Part shown: piece by piece, positions 17,426-26,421 of the stretch
Layout of the letters: each line of letters begins with the position of its first letter
How positions within the stretch are numbered: position 1 is the first letter of the stretch
Assembly: GCF_050565405.1 (NCBI RefSeq)
Contig: NZ_JBNYYG010000008.1
Span: forward strand, 100,677-132,676
DNA: 32,000 nucleotides
Direction of reading: 5' to 3'
From: Paenibacillus macerans
GTDB lineage: Bacteria > Bacillota > Bacilli > Paenibacillales > Paenibacillaceae
The notes under the pieces: generated by a model
The model's database searches: none
The model's input: the letters and a program-made list of their open reading frames with translations, nothing else
Told to the model about the DNA's origin: nothing
Position numbers and translations under genes: made by a program

Positions 17426-17629
17426 TTTAGACACCATTTCGGCGGTACCCCATAGTTCAGTCTTATTGACACTAACTTACAGATGATGTCGATGATGGGG
17501 AGTGTACAAACCTAAATACAAACGAAGACAGGTGCGGAAGTGTGCTAGAATTTTATATCGCAAATATAAAATTGTTAAACGTAAAAACGGGTAAAGAGAC
17601 GAACTTATAAACTGCAGATTTGAGAAAGT

Positions 17630-17656
17630 CGTATATAATGTATGACATTATATACG
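17630..17656. repeat. 27-nt near-perfect palindrome (12-bp arms, 3-nt centre)
   Basis: CGTATATAATGT-ATG-ACATTATATACG. There is no flanking U-tract on either strand. It lies 140 nt beyond the recombinase stop codon. Confidence 0.7.
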
Positions 17657-17794
17657 AAAGCTTATGGAATAAGGCTTTATGCCGAATTATAGACATATGT
17701 ACAAAATACTGGTTTTGTGAAAAAGTATTAAAAGAAACCAGGCGGAGCCTGATATTCGGTTTGTTCCGATCGTGTTTGCTAGGATTCCGTCACT

Positions 17795-18865
17795 TCATTT
17801 ATCCATATTATTAACGGCTTTTCTCATCTCTTCATCCGTTAAATGCGTATAGATCATCGTCGTTTGGATCGATGAATGGCCTAATTGATTTTTGAGTCGC
17901 GGCACGTCGTTGTTCTCCTGGTGATAACGCGTGGCGAAGGAATGCCTTAACGAGTGAACCGTCAGTGCCGGCTTGCCGTAAGCTGCGGCGTATTTTTCGA
18001 TCAGCTTTTCGATGGCTCTTGGCGTCAACCGCCGGCTTTTGCCTTTGCGTCCGATCGGCGCGGCCATAAACAAATCCGTCTCCGCTTTTTCCGGCTTATA
18101 CCGGGCCTCGCGAATTTGCAGGTAATTTTGCAGATCCGCCATCGCTTGCTGGCTAAAATAAACGTATTGCTCTTTATTGCCTTTACGGATGACCCGTACC
18201 AAACCTTTGTTCATATCCAAATCCTCGATATTAATGCCGGCGACTTCCGATAATCGCAATCCGGATCCTAAAATCAGCGATACGATCGCCGTATCCCGTT
18301 CGCGATTAAACTCGTGGAAATGGTATAAACGCTTGTTATCCCGGTTTTGGGCGCCGAAATCGTGCGCGATAAATTGCCGGAACAACTCGAAATCATCGGC
18401 TCGAAGAATTTTGCCTTCAATGCGGCCCGCGATCGTTTCTTGGCTTTCTTTCACCGCGTTGAATTCGATTTTGGCCATCACGTTGCGCTCCAAATACGGC
18501 TTTAAATCTTCGGTTTCGGCTTTGTTTTGCAAATAATCGAACAGCGATTTCAAAGCGGACAATTTCCGATTGATCGTGAGCTTCGAGTTGCCCAGTTGAT
18601 ATTCCAAATACGTCAGGAAGTTTTCGATTTCCCGCACGGTCAGTTTCTCCAGCACCGATAATTCGATTTCCTGTCGGCTGGGAGCGGCGAATTTCTCGGC
18701 AACGAGCCAATCAAAAAAGATAATGTAGTCATGGCAATAATTCAGCAGCGTCGTATGCGACAATTTCCGTTTGCGCGTATCGATGTATTCGGTCACGTAC
18801 CACGGCAGCTCGGCTAATTTATCATCAATGCGGCTCATATAATGAGATTTCGTAATTTTATCCAT
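17795..18865 (-). CDS. xerS: Tyrosine recombinase, XerS-like
   Basis: From ATG 18865 (SD AAGGAGG 11 nt upstream) the product is 356 aa. The N-terminus RIDDKLAELPWYVTEYI...TLLNYCHDYIIFFDWL aligns with streptococcal XerS as I recall it. Catalytic signature present: GSGLRLSE (Arg), HSLRHSFAT (H-x-x-R), GHSSIQTTMIYTH (Tyr). Confidence 0.85.
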   Translation of the reverse strand: MDKITKSHYMSRIDDKLAELPWYVTEYIDTRKRKLSHTTLLNYCHDYIIFFDWLVAEKFAAPSRQEIELSVLEKLTVREIENFLTYLEYQLGNSKLTINRKLSALKSLFDYLQNKAETEDLKPYLERNVMAKIEFNAVKESQETIAGRIEGKILRADDFELFRQFIAHDFGAQNRDNKRLYHFHEFNRERDTAIVSLILGSGLRLSEVAGINIEDLDMNKGLVRVIRKGNKEQYVYFSQQAMADLQNYLQIREARYKPEKAETDLFMAAPIGRKGKSRRLTPRAIEKLIEKYAAAYGKPALTVHSLRHSFATRYHQENNDVPRLKNQLGHSSIQTTMIYTHLTDEEMRKAVNNMDK

Positions 18866-18916
18866 ATCGGCGCACGCCTCCTTGTTTCTAGAATAATCCA
18901 TTACTATTTATTCGTC

Positions 18917-18944
18917 AAATTATTATTTTACGTAATAATAAACT
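18917..18944. other. Candidate recombinase core site (arms-spacer-arms) upstream of the XerS-like gene
   Basis: AAATTATTATT-TTACGT-AATAATAAACT. The 11-bp arms are inverted at 9/11 positions (inner 8/8 perfect) around a 6-bp centre. It lies 52 nt upstream of the start codon. It is AT-only, so chance or promoter UP-element are alternatives. Confidence 0.3.
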
Positions 18945-18970
18945 GCATAATGGGGAAGCTTCAAAGCAGC

Positions 18971-19384
18971 TTAATGGGATGAGCCGGCTTGCCAAGTATT
19001 TAGCATCTCTTGAGCTTTTTGCGGATCGTCCATGAGCAGAGTCCGATACTCCAGCATCTTGTTAAGGGTATCCAGCATTTGATCATATTCTTTCTTCTTG
19101 CTTTCGATCTCCTTTTTCTTGCCGCGAATCCAATCTATAATCTGCAGGTTCGTGTGCGCATTGGCGTCGTGGTCCTGCAGAACTTCCTTCAGTTCTGCCA
19201 GCGAACAGCCGATGGACTGGAACTTCTTAATGAGCTTCAACCGCTCGACAGCCTCTTCCGAATAATTGCGATAATTGTTACTTTCTCGCCCGACATGCCG
19301 ATCATCAAGCAAGCCTTCCTTTTCATAAAAGCGGATCGTATGGATCGTTAATCCCATCTTGTTTGCCAGTTCCTGAATTTTCAT
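18971..19384 (-). CDS. MerR-family transcriptional regulator
   Basis: N-terminal MerR HTH (MKIQELANKMGLTIHTIRFYEKEGLL) and a coiled-coil C-terminus. SD AAGGAG favours ATG 19384 (9-nt spacing) over the tracked 19390. Confidence 0.85.
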   Translation of the reverse strand: MKIQELANKMGLTIHTIRFYEKEGLLDDRHVGRESNNYRNYSEEAVERLKLIKKFQSIGCSLAELKEVLQDHDANAHTNLQIIDWIRGKKKEIESKKKEYDQMLDTLNKMLEYRTLLMDDPQKAQEMLNTWQAGSSH

Positions 19385-19406
19385 AATCATTTCTCCTTTA
19401 GACTGC

Positions 19407-19437
19407 TTGCCCTAGAGTTCACTTCATAGTTTATACT
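19407..19437 (+). promoter_or_regulatory. Promoter with a MerR-type 19-bp spacer, upstream of the NmrA/SDR-like gene
   Basis: TTGCCC 19407-19412, a 19-nt spacer, then TATACT 19432-19437. It is divergent from the MerR gene. Confidence 0.45.
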
Positions 19438-19478
19438 TAACATGCTCAAGCAGTCAACTAATGAAGGAGGATATCATT

Positions 19479-20324
19479 ATGCATGTTTTTGTTACAGGAG
19501 CAACTGGGTATGTCGGTTCCTCGGTCGTCCGGGAACTGATCAGCGCGGGACATACGGTGACGGGTCTTTGTCGTTCCGAAGAGAAAGCTGCGGGATTAAA
19601 CACGGCGGGAGCCGAAGCGCTGTACGGCACCCTGGACGATCTCGACATTCTGCGTAGCGCCGCCGCGGCTGCGGACGGCGTGATTCATCTGGCGTTCACC
19701 AACGATTTTTCCGACTTTGAAGGTGCGCTGGCTCTGGATTTTCGGGCCGCCCAAGTCATGGGAGCGGCGCTCGAAGGCTCCGGAAAGCCGTTCATTACCA
19801 CGGCTCACGCAAATGGACATACCGTGGATCATTCCGTGATCGCAATGGCAGAGCGGGGTATTCGGACATCCATCGTCACGCTTGCACCGTCCGTGCACGG
19901 TGAAGGCGATAAGGGCTTTGTGCCAATGATGATCAACATCGCCCGGGCGAAGGGCTTCGCAGCCTATATCGGCGACGGAACGAACCGTTGGCCGGCGGTG
20001 CATCGCCTCGATGCGGCAGTTCTGTACCGTCTGGCGCTGGAATCCGCCCCGGCGGGCTCACGGCTGCTTGGCGCCGGCGATGAAGGCATTCCGCTCCGCG
20101 AGATCGCCGCAGTCATCGGGCGGCAATTGAACGTGCCGGTGGTCAGCATAACACCTGAAGAAGCTGCCGCCCATTTCGGCTTCCTTGGCACCATTGCGGC
20201 ATTCGACATCACCAGCTTGTACAACACAGCGCAAGCGAGTCTGGCCACACGGGAGCTTCTGGGCTGGAAACCGATGCGGCCCGGACTGATCGCCGATCTC
20301 GAATTAGGTCATTATTTTGCTTAA
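19479..20324 (+). CDS. NAD(P)-binding SDR-family (atypical/NmrA-like) oxidoreductase
   Basis: From ATG 19479 (SD AAGGAGG 8 nt upstream) the product starts MHVFVTGATGYVGSSVVREL, a Rossmann G-x-x-G-x-x-G motif. 281 aa. Confidence 0.8.
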   Translation: MHVFVTGATGYVGSSVVRELISAGHTVTGLCRSEEKAAGLNTAGAEALYGTLDDLDILRSAAAAADGVIHLAFTNDFSDFEGALALDFRAAQVMGAALEGSGKPFITTAHANGHTVDHSVIAMAERGIRTSIVTLAPSVHGEGDKGFVPMMINIARAKGFAAYIGDGTNRWPAVHRLDAAVLYRLALESAPAGSRLLGAGDEGIPLREIAAVIGRQLNVPVVSITPEEAAAHFGFLGTIAAFDITSLYNTAQASLATRELLGWKPMRPGLIADLELGHYFA

Positions 20325-20375
20325 AAAGGAGACAATCTGCACCTACTCCCCATCCGCCTATAGAAAATGTCCAAG

Positions 20376-20423
20376 CAGCAAAAAACCACCGCCTAACCAA
20401 GGATGACCCCGGTTAGGCGGTGG
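20376..20423 (-). terminator. Rho-independent terminator of the 5'-nucleotidase gene
   Basis: Perfect 13-bp stem CCACCGCCTAACC 20386-20398 / GGTTAGGCGGTGG 20411-20423. The minus strand is followed by a T-run (plus-strand A-run 20380-20385). Confidence 0.85.
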
Positions 20424-20448
20424 TTGAAGCATTATACGAAAAGTCCAG

Positions 20449-22620
20449 TTATTTCATCGCGGACATGATCAACAGAACCAAATCGCTGCGTGTCACCGCA
20501 GCCTTGGCAACTAGTCCGGCCAAATCGGCATCCGTGCCGGATACGGCTGCTATGATATCCGACGCCTGTTCGGCGGTGATCGTACTGGACGGCAGGAAGG
20601 CTTGACCGATAACTCCCTCGAGAACACCGGCTGCCTTCAGCGAAGCGACCGCCGGCAAGGCCCAGGCCGGAATGCTGGAATCGTCGGCAAAACCGGCTGC
20701 GTCGGAGGATGCCGGAACTTCAAAGGCCCGGCTAACCATCACCGCAAATTCGGCACGCGTTACGGAAGCGTTCGGGCGAAAAGTTCCGTCCCCATTCCCT
20801 TGGACAATCCCGGCAGTTGCCGCCTCAGCGATCAACGCTGCGTTCGGATCGGCGGATACGTCCGAAAAGTCGCTTGCTTCCGTTCCCGGATTCGAGCCTT
20901 CGTCCGTTGGCTTAACTCCGGCCTCGGCCGGAAGCGCAGCGCCTTTCAAATCGGTAATCCGGCCTGGCGTGGCGGCTTTAACGGTTCCGATTTTATCGAG
21001 ATACTCGCGGAACACTTCGTAATCCACGAGATTCAGTTCATAGAATCGTCCGTCGTCCTTAGCCTGCTTCATGGAAGCATAAAAGTCCCCGCCTCCGGCC
21101 ATAAACGAGTTGGTCGCGACGATATAATAAGCTTTCGGATCGATATCGGCGAAGCTGCCGTTTTCGTTTTGGATTTGGACTTTAACGATGCGTTGCCCGG
21201 TCCGGGTTTTCTCCCCGGTGACATCGTCGATCGCTTCACCCGACTTCGTGGAGTCATAGTAGAAGCGCAGGCCCGACACCTGCGGGAAGCGCCCCTCCCC
21301 GTTTTCTACGCCGCTAACGCCGTTCTCCAAGGCCGCGATGATTTCCGCGCCGGTCATCTTAAGCGCCGTCAAATTATTCCCGAACGGCATCGTCGTCAGC
21401 AAATCGCCGAGCGTAATCTCTCCGGTACCGATCGAGGCGCGGATGCCGCCGCCGTTTTGAATCGTGACGTACCCTTTGACATCGGATTCTTTGACGATGC
21501 TCATGACTTTGGAGCGCATGCCGTCGGCGATCAGATCTCCAAGGTTCGTCTCCTGCTTGCGAACGCTGCCGCGCTCGCCGTCCAGGTCTACGTCCGTTTC
21601 CCCGATGACGGTTTGCTTTAATTCTTCCAGCGGAGCAGCATATTCCTTTAGCTTGGCTTCCGCGGCCGCATTGCCCTGAATCACGAATTTGTCGTTGGCG
21701 TCCTTCGCATCCAACGCAATGAGCTCGCCTTTCCAGGTCTTCAGCTTGCCCGTTTCGTCAAACGTCACATCCAGTTGCCCCAAGTTTTGGTTATATTCGC
21801 CCGTCTGCACGATCAGGGTCGGCTCGGCTTCGGCATGATGCACCTCAGGGGCGCTCAGCTTCGTGTGGGAGTGCCCGCCGACGATAATGTCGATGCCGTC
21901 CACGGCTTCGGCCAACTTCTGGTCTACCGTGTATCCGAGATGGGACAGCACGATGATTTTGTTGATGCCTTCCGCTTCCAGCGCGTCCACCTGTTTCTGC
22001 GCGCTTAGGGCTTCATCGGCGAATTTGATGCCCGGACCCGGAGAAGACAAAGCCGTCGTTTCCGGCGTGGTCAATCCGATGATGCCTACCTTATCCCCGG
22101 CGACGTCCTTCACGATGGCCGGATAAATCCGGCCGCTTTCGCCAGGCTTGCCGAGGCCTGCATGGCTTAATCCTTTCAGCGCAGACTCGGAGCTGAAATC
22201 GAGATTGGCGCTGACGAACGGAAATTGGGCTTGCTTAACGAATTCGGCCAGCGTCGCCGGCCCTTTATCGAATTCGTGGTTGCCGAACGTCATGGCGTCG
22301 TATTTCAGCTCGTTCATAAAATACAGATCGGCCAGACCGTTAAATTGATTGAAATACAGCGTCCCCGAAAAGACGTCCCCCGCGTCGAGCAGCAGCGTAT
22401 GATCGTTTCTGGCCGCGTTAACCGCCGTCACACGGCGAGGGATGTTGTCCAGATGCGCATGCGTGTCGTTCGTATGCAGGACGCGCAGCTGAAACCCTTC
22501 CGTCCCCCCTGTCGTTTCAGCGGCGTTGGCGGTTGCGCCGATCGTCCCGGACAGGAGTCCGGCGGCGAGCACGCCTGCGGCGAACAGCTTTCCGACATTT
22601 TTATTGCTCCAATGCATCAA
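20449..22620 (-). CDS. Secreted bifunctional metallophosphatase/5'-nucleotidase with C-terminal SLH domains
   Basis: Signal peptide, metallophosphoesterase motifs (LHTNDTHAH, GDVFSG, GNHEFD, GGHSH) and a 5'-nucleotidase C-terminal domain. Two SLH-like repeats are present (FSDVSADPNAA...GNGDGTFRPNASVTRAEFA; FADDSSIPAWA...). The start is TTG 22620 or ATG 22617. Confidence 0.9.
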   Translation of the reverse strand: MMHWSNKNVGKLFAAGVLAAGLLSGTIGATANAAETTGGTEGFQLRVLHTNDTHAHLDNIPRRVTAVNAARNDHTLLLDAGDVFSGTLYFNQFNGLADLYFMNELKYDAMTFGNHEFDKGPATLAEFVKQAQFPFVSANLDFSSESALKGLSHAGLGKPGESGRIYPAIVKDVAGDKVGIIGLTTPETTALSSPGPGIKFADEALSAQKQVDALEAEGINKIIVLSHLGYTVDQKLAEAVDGIDIIVGGHSHTKLSAPEVHHAEAEPTLIVQTGEYNQNLGQLDVTFDETGKLKTWKGELIALDAKDANDKFVIQGNAAAEAKLKEYAAPLEELKQTVIGETDVDLDGERGSVRKQETNLGDLIADGMRSKVMSIVKESDVKGYVTIQNGGGIRASIGTGEITLGDLLTTMPFGNNLTALKMTGAEIIAALENGVSGVENGEGRFPQVSGLRFYYDSTKSGEAIDDVTGEKTRTGQRIVKVQIQNENGSFADIDPKAYYIVATNSFMAGGGDFYASMKQAKDDGRFYELNLVDYEVFREYLDKIGTVKAATPGRITDLKGAALPAEAGVKPTDEGSNPGTEASDFSDVSADPNAALIAEAATAGIVQGNGDGTFRPNASVTRAEFAVMVSRAFEVPASSDAAGFADDSSIPAWALPAVASLKAAGVLEGVIGQAFLPSSTITAEQASDIIAAVSGTDADLAGLVAKAAVTRSDLVLLIMSAMK

Positions 22621-22813
22621 ATCGATTCCTCCTCTACCATCTTTTGATGTATTACTCTCTTAAATATAAGTAGAATAGATTTGAAAGTAAATAATGGATC
22701 CCAAATAGGCGAATAACTTTGTTCCGATAAACGAAATTGGGGCAAACCGCATAAACCCCTCCCCCGTAGGACACGCTATCTTTTGTTAAAAACACGGTTC
22801 AGGAGGAATACGC

Positions 22814-22993
22814 ATGAACAGCCAACGCGCCAAAGAAATCGTCGCCTCCCCTACGATGGTGGATGTCACGTGCAACGGGGTTCCGATCTACATTCAGCAC
22901 GTCGACGATCAGAAGGAAACCGCCCGGATTTATCCGCTCGGTCAGCCGGAGAACGAACAAGAGGTCGCTTTGTCCCAACTTAACGAGCAATAA
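22814..22993 (+). CDS. sspH: Small acid-soluble spore protein, SspH family (59 aa; below the ORF-track cutoff)
   Basis: SD AGGAGG 22801-22806, ATG 22814. Translation: MNSQRAKEIVASPTMVDVTCNGVPIYIQHVDDQKETARIYPLGQPENEQEVALSQLNEQ*. This matches the SspH-family pattern as I recall it (RAKEI..S..M..V.Y.G.P.YI..V......A.IYPL). Confidence 0.75.
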   Translation: MNSQRAKEIVASPTMVDVTCNGVPIYIQHVDDQKETARIYPLGQPENEQEVALSQLNEQ

Positions 22994-22996
22994 AAG

Positions 22997-23034
22997 AACA
23001 GGAGGCGATGCCAAGCGGCGTCCCTCCTGTTTTC
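22997..23034. terminator. Bidirectional terminator between sspH and the Tet(M)-like GTPase gene
   Basis: AACAGGAGG 22997-23005 / CCTCCTGTT 23023-23031, with T-rich sequence following on both strands. Confidence 0.75.
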
Positions 23035-23060
23035 ATGCGATGAAATTAACACCTGTTAGT

Positions 23061-25034
23061 TTACATAACATTTGTTATGTTATTCGAGACATGCATATGT
23101 CGCTCCGCTTCGTCCCAGGGAACGGAATAAGCCTGCCCTTTCGAGCAAAATATCGACAACGAGGTGTAAGCCGGATCGGCATTTTTGTCGTACCGCCGCC
23201 GAGCGATGACCCCCTCTGTCTTGTGGCAGGATTCATACCCGCCGAACTTCAGCGACAACGCGCCTTTCCCGTGCGTCATGGAAGCCAGCTCCGTACTGTA
23301 ATCCATGAACGTTGCTACGGGGACAACGCCTGTTATGACGGCTGAGGTCTCCGTGGTTTCCGGCGGTTCGAACCGGCCATGGGCTTGCTGGATATCGGTA
23401 AGAACCTTGCCGAGATATTCCGTGCCGACCTTAATTTTAAAATGGTACACGGGCTCAAGCAGCACGTTACGCGCCTTCTCAAGCCCTTGTCGCAGCGCGC
23501 GAAACGTTGCTTCCCGGAAATCGCCGCCGCTCGTATGCTTGTTGTGAGACCGTCCGGTAAGCAAGGTCACTCGCACGTCGGTCAACGGTGAGCCGGTAAG
23601 CAGACCGTTATGCTCCCGCTCCAGGACATGCTGGCCGATCAGATGCTGATAACCCGTAGCCAAATCATCGGCGTGGCAAGCGTTTACGAACGTAACGCCG
23701 CTGTTTCTGCCGACCGGCGTAAGCTGCAGATGCACTTCCGCATAATGCCCCAGCGGCTCGAAATGGCCGCAGCCGTATACCGGTTCGGCGATCGTTTCTT
23801 TGTACAATATTTCCGGTGGCCCAAACGTAACAGGCAGCCGAAACCGCTCCAGCAGCACTTGCTGCAAAATTTCCAACTGGATTTTGCCCATCACGTGGAT
23901 ATGGAGCTCCTGCAAGGTTTCGTCCCAGCGGGAACCCAAGGTCGGGTCCTCCGCGTCCAACTGCTGGAACACGCGCAGAACCTCCTTGATATGGACCGGC
24001 GGCTCAAACCGCACCTTCGACTGCAGCGTCGGCACCAGCTCCCGGCTGACCGTATCGTTTAGCGCCCCGACGCCTTCGCCGGCCGCCGCCGAGGTGAATC
24101 CCGTCACGGCAAACAGCTCGCCGGCGCGAACCGCCTCCGCCTGGACGAAGCGTTGGCCGCTATACTTGCGAATCGCGGTGATTTTCTCCGCCCGGCGATC
24201 CCCCTCCGGCCCATATTCCACTTCGTCCCGAACCTTTAGCGTTCCCTGCAGCGCCTTGATGAAAGTGATCCGGGTTCCCTGTTCATCATGGCGGATTTTA
24301 TAAACCAGTCCGGCAAAAGGAAGCTGATCGTCATAATCGGTCACCGTCAACCGCTCCAGCACCTTCAGGAATTCGGCGATCCCACGATCGAGCAGCGCCG
24401 AGCCTTGCAGGCAGGGAAATACTTGGCTGCCGCGGATGAGCCGGATCATGTGCCCGTTCCATTCCTTTTCGGACAGCGTGCCTTCCAAATAAGGCTCCAG
24501 CAGCGCTTCGTCCCGCTCAGCGAGCCAAGCCTTTTGCGCTTCGTCCAACCGCTCTTCGCGAGTCCATCCGCTTAAGTCCAGCACATCCTCGGTCAACTCG
24601 CGGCGGATGTCCGCCAGCACCTTATCCGGGTCCGCGCCGGTCCGGTCGGTTTTGTTGATGAACAAAAACGTAGGAATCCCGTAAGCGCGCAGCAGCTGCC
24701 AGACCGTTTCCGTATGGCCTTCCACGCCTTCCACCGCGCTGATGATGATGACGGCGTAATCCAACACCTGCAGCGCACGTTCCATCTCCGCCGAGAAATC
24801 GACGTGTCCGGGCGTGTCCAGCAAATAATACGTGGAATCGCCGTATTTCATTTCCGCCTGGTCGGCGAATACGGTGATTCCGCGCGCTTTTTCGATAGCA
24901 TGGCTGTCCAGGAAAGCATCGCGGTGGTCGACGCGGCCCCGGCTGCGTATCGTTTGAGTATGAAAGAGCAGCGCTTCGCCAAAGGTCGTTTTGCCGGCGT
25001 CCACATGGGCCAGCAGTCCGATCGTTTTATTCAT
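23061..25034 (-). CDS. Tet(M)/Tet(O)-family ribosomal-protection-type translation GTPase homolog (EF-G paralog)
   Basis: 657 aa. G1 AHVDAGKTT, G3 DTPGH, G4 NKTD, and an EF-G-like domain order. Whether it confers tetracycline resistance cannot be judged from sequence alone. Confidence 0.85.
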   Translation of the reverse strand: MNKTIGLLAHVDAGKTTFGEALLFHTQTIRSRGRVDHRDAFLDSHAIEKARGITVFADQAEMKYGDSTYYLLDTPGHVDFSAEMERALQVLDYAVIIISAVEGVEGHTETVWQLLRAYGIPTFLFINKTDRTGADPDKVLADIRRELTEDVLDLSGWTREERLDEAQKAWLAERDEALLEPYLEGTLSEKEWNGHMIRLIRGSQVFPCLQGSALLDRGIAEFLKVLERLTVTDYDDQLPFAGLVYKIRHDEQGTRITFIKALQGTLKVRDEVEYGPEGDRRAEKITAIRKYSGQRFVQAEAVRAGELFAVTGFTSAAAGEGVGALNDTVSRELVPTLQSKVRFEPPVHIKEVLRVFQQLDAEDPTLGSRWDETLQELHIHVMGKIQLEILQQVLLERFRLPVTFGPPEILYKETIAEPVYGCGHFEPLGHYAEVHLQLTPVGRNSGVTFVNACHADDLATGYQHLIGQHVLEREHNGLLTGSPLTDVRVTLLTGRSHNKHTSGGDFREATFRALRQGLEKARNVLLEPVYHFKIKVGTEYLGKVLTDIQQAHGRFEPPETTETSAVITGVVPVATFMDYSTELASMTHGKGALSLKFGGYESCHKTEGVIARRRYDKNADPAYTSLSIFCSKGQAYSVPWDEAERHMHVSNNITNVM

Positions 25035-25046
25035 GCCGGCCGCCGC

Positions 25047-26405
25047 CTAGTTTTTGAAGCTGTGGATCGGCGCCGGAATGCGGCCGCCGCGATTGATGAA
25101 CGGGGCGCAATTAAACGAATTGACCGGCATGATCGGCGCGTAACCGAGCAGTCCGCCGAATTCGACGATTTCGCCGACTTCTTTACCGATAACCGGAATG
25201 ATGCGCACGGCCGTCGTTTTGTTGTTGACCATGCCGATCGCCGCTTCGTCGGCGATAATGCCGGAAATCGTTGCGCTGCTCGTGCTGCCGGGAATCGCGA
25301 TCATGTCGAGCCCCACCGAGCACACGCAGGTCATCGCCTCCAGCTTCTCCAGCGTCAGCGCCCCGCGCTGCACCGCTTCGATCATGCCGTGGTCCTCGCT
25401 GACCGGAATAAACGCGCCGCTGAGTCCGCCGACATACGAGGATGCCATAACGCCGCCTTTTTTCACGTTATCGTTCAATATCGCCAGCGCGGCCGTCGTT
25501 CCGGGAGCCCCCGCTTCCTCCAGGCCCATCTCCTGGAAAATCTCCGCGATCGAGTCGCCGATTTCCGGCGTCGGCGCGAGCGACAGGTCAATGATCCCAA
25601 ACGGGACGCCCAGGCGCTTGGACGCTTCCTGCGCTACCAGCTGTCCCACCCGGGTGACTTTAAACGCCGTCCGTTTGATCGTTTCGCACAAGGTTTCGAA
25701 ATCCTTGCCTTTCACTTCCTCCAACGCGCGCTTCACTACGCCGGGACCGCTGACGCCCACGTTGATGACGCATTCCCGTTCCCCGACGCCATGGAAAGCG
25801 CCGGCCATGAACGGGTTGTCCTCCACCGCGTTGCAGAACACAACCAGCTTGGCGCAGCCGATCGAACCCCGGTCGGCCGACCGCTCGGCAGTTCGCAAAA
25901 TGATGTCGCCCATCAGCTTGACCGCGTCCATGTTGATGCCGCTGCGCGAGGATCCGACGTTCACCGAGGAGCATACCCGATCCGTTACGGCCAACGCTTC
26001 CGGGATGCTCTCGATCAGCAGACGGTCGCCGGTGGTGCAGCCTTTTTGCACGAGCGCGGAGAAGCCGCCGATAAAGTTCACGCCCACTTCCTTGGCCGCT
26101 TTGTCGAGCGCTTCGGCCACGGGCACGTACGTATCGGTTTTAAGCCCGCCGGCCGCGATCGAGATCGGCGTGACCGAGATGCGCTTATTGACGATCGGAA
26201 CGCCAAATTGCTTCTCCAGATCCTCGCCGGTTTTGACCAGATTTTCCGCCGAGCGGGTGATTTTATCGTAAATTTTCCGATTGAATACGTTCATGTCTTC
26301 ATGGGCGCAGTCCATCAGGCTGATGCCCATCGTTATCGTGCGCACGTCGAGGTTCATTTCCCGGATCATCGAATTCGTTTCCTGTACTTCTACGCGTGAG
26401 ATCAT
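25047..26405 (-). CDS. UPF0210 / DUF711 family protein
   Basis: 452 aa. N-terminal [15 protein letters not shown] and overall collinearity with the UPF0210 family as I recall it. SD AAGGGGGAG. It ends 12 nt before the GTPase start. Confidence 0.85.
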   Translation of the reverse strand: MISRVEVQETNSMIREMNLDVRTITMGISLMDCAHEDMNVFNRKIYDKITRSAENLVKTGEDLEKQFGVPIVNKRISVTPISIAAGGLKTDTYVPVAEALDKAAKEVGVNFIGGFSALVQKGCTTGDRLLIESIPEALAVTDRVCSSVNVGSSRSGINMDAVKLMGDIILRTAERSADRGSIGCAKLVVFCNAVEDNPFMAGAFHGVGERECVINVGVSGPGVVKRALEEVKGKDFETLCETIKRTAFKVTRVGQLVAQEASKRLGVPFGIIDLSLAPTPEIGDSIAEIFQEMGLEEAGAPGTTAALAILNDNVKKGGVMASSYVGGLSGAFIPVSEDHGMIEAVQRGALTLEKLEAMTCVCSVGLDMIAIPGSTSSATISGIIADEAAIGMVNNKTTAVRIIPVIGKEVGEIVEFGGLLGYAPIMPVNSFNCAPFINRGGRIPAPIHSFKN

Positions 26406-26421
26406 TGGTGTCTCCCCCTTC

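Noticed and set aside
24714-26399. Very long plus-strand ORFs (561 aa, 357 aa) opposite the UPF0210 gene. Similar long antisense ORFs occur at 20602-21621, 10745-11356, 11365-12063 and 7010-7705.
   Set aside because: They overlap, on the opposite strand, genes with clear family signatures. Their translations are Arg/Ala/Gly-rich and low-complexity, typical of shadow ORFs in GC-rich DNA. None has a convincing SD.
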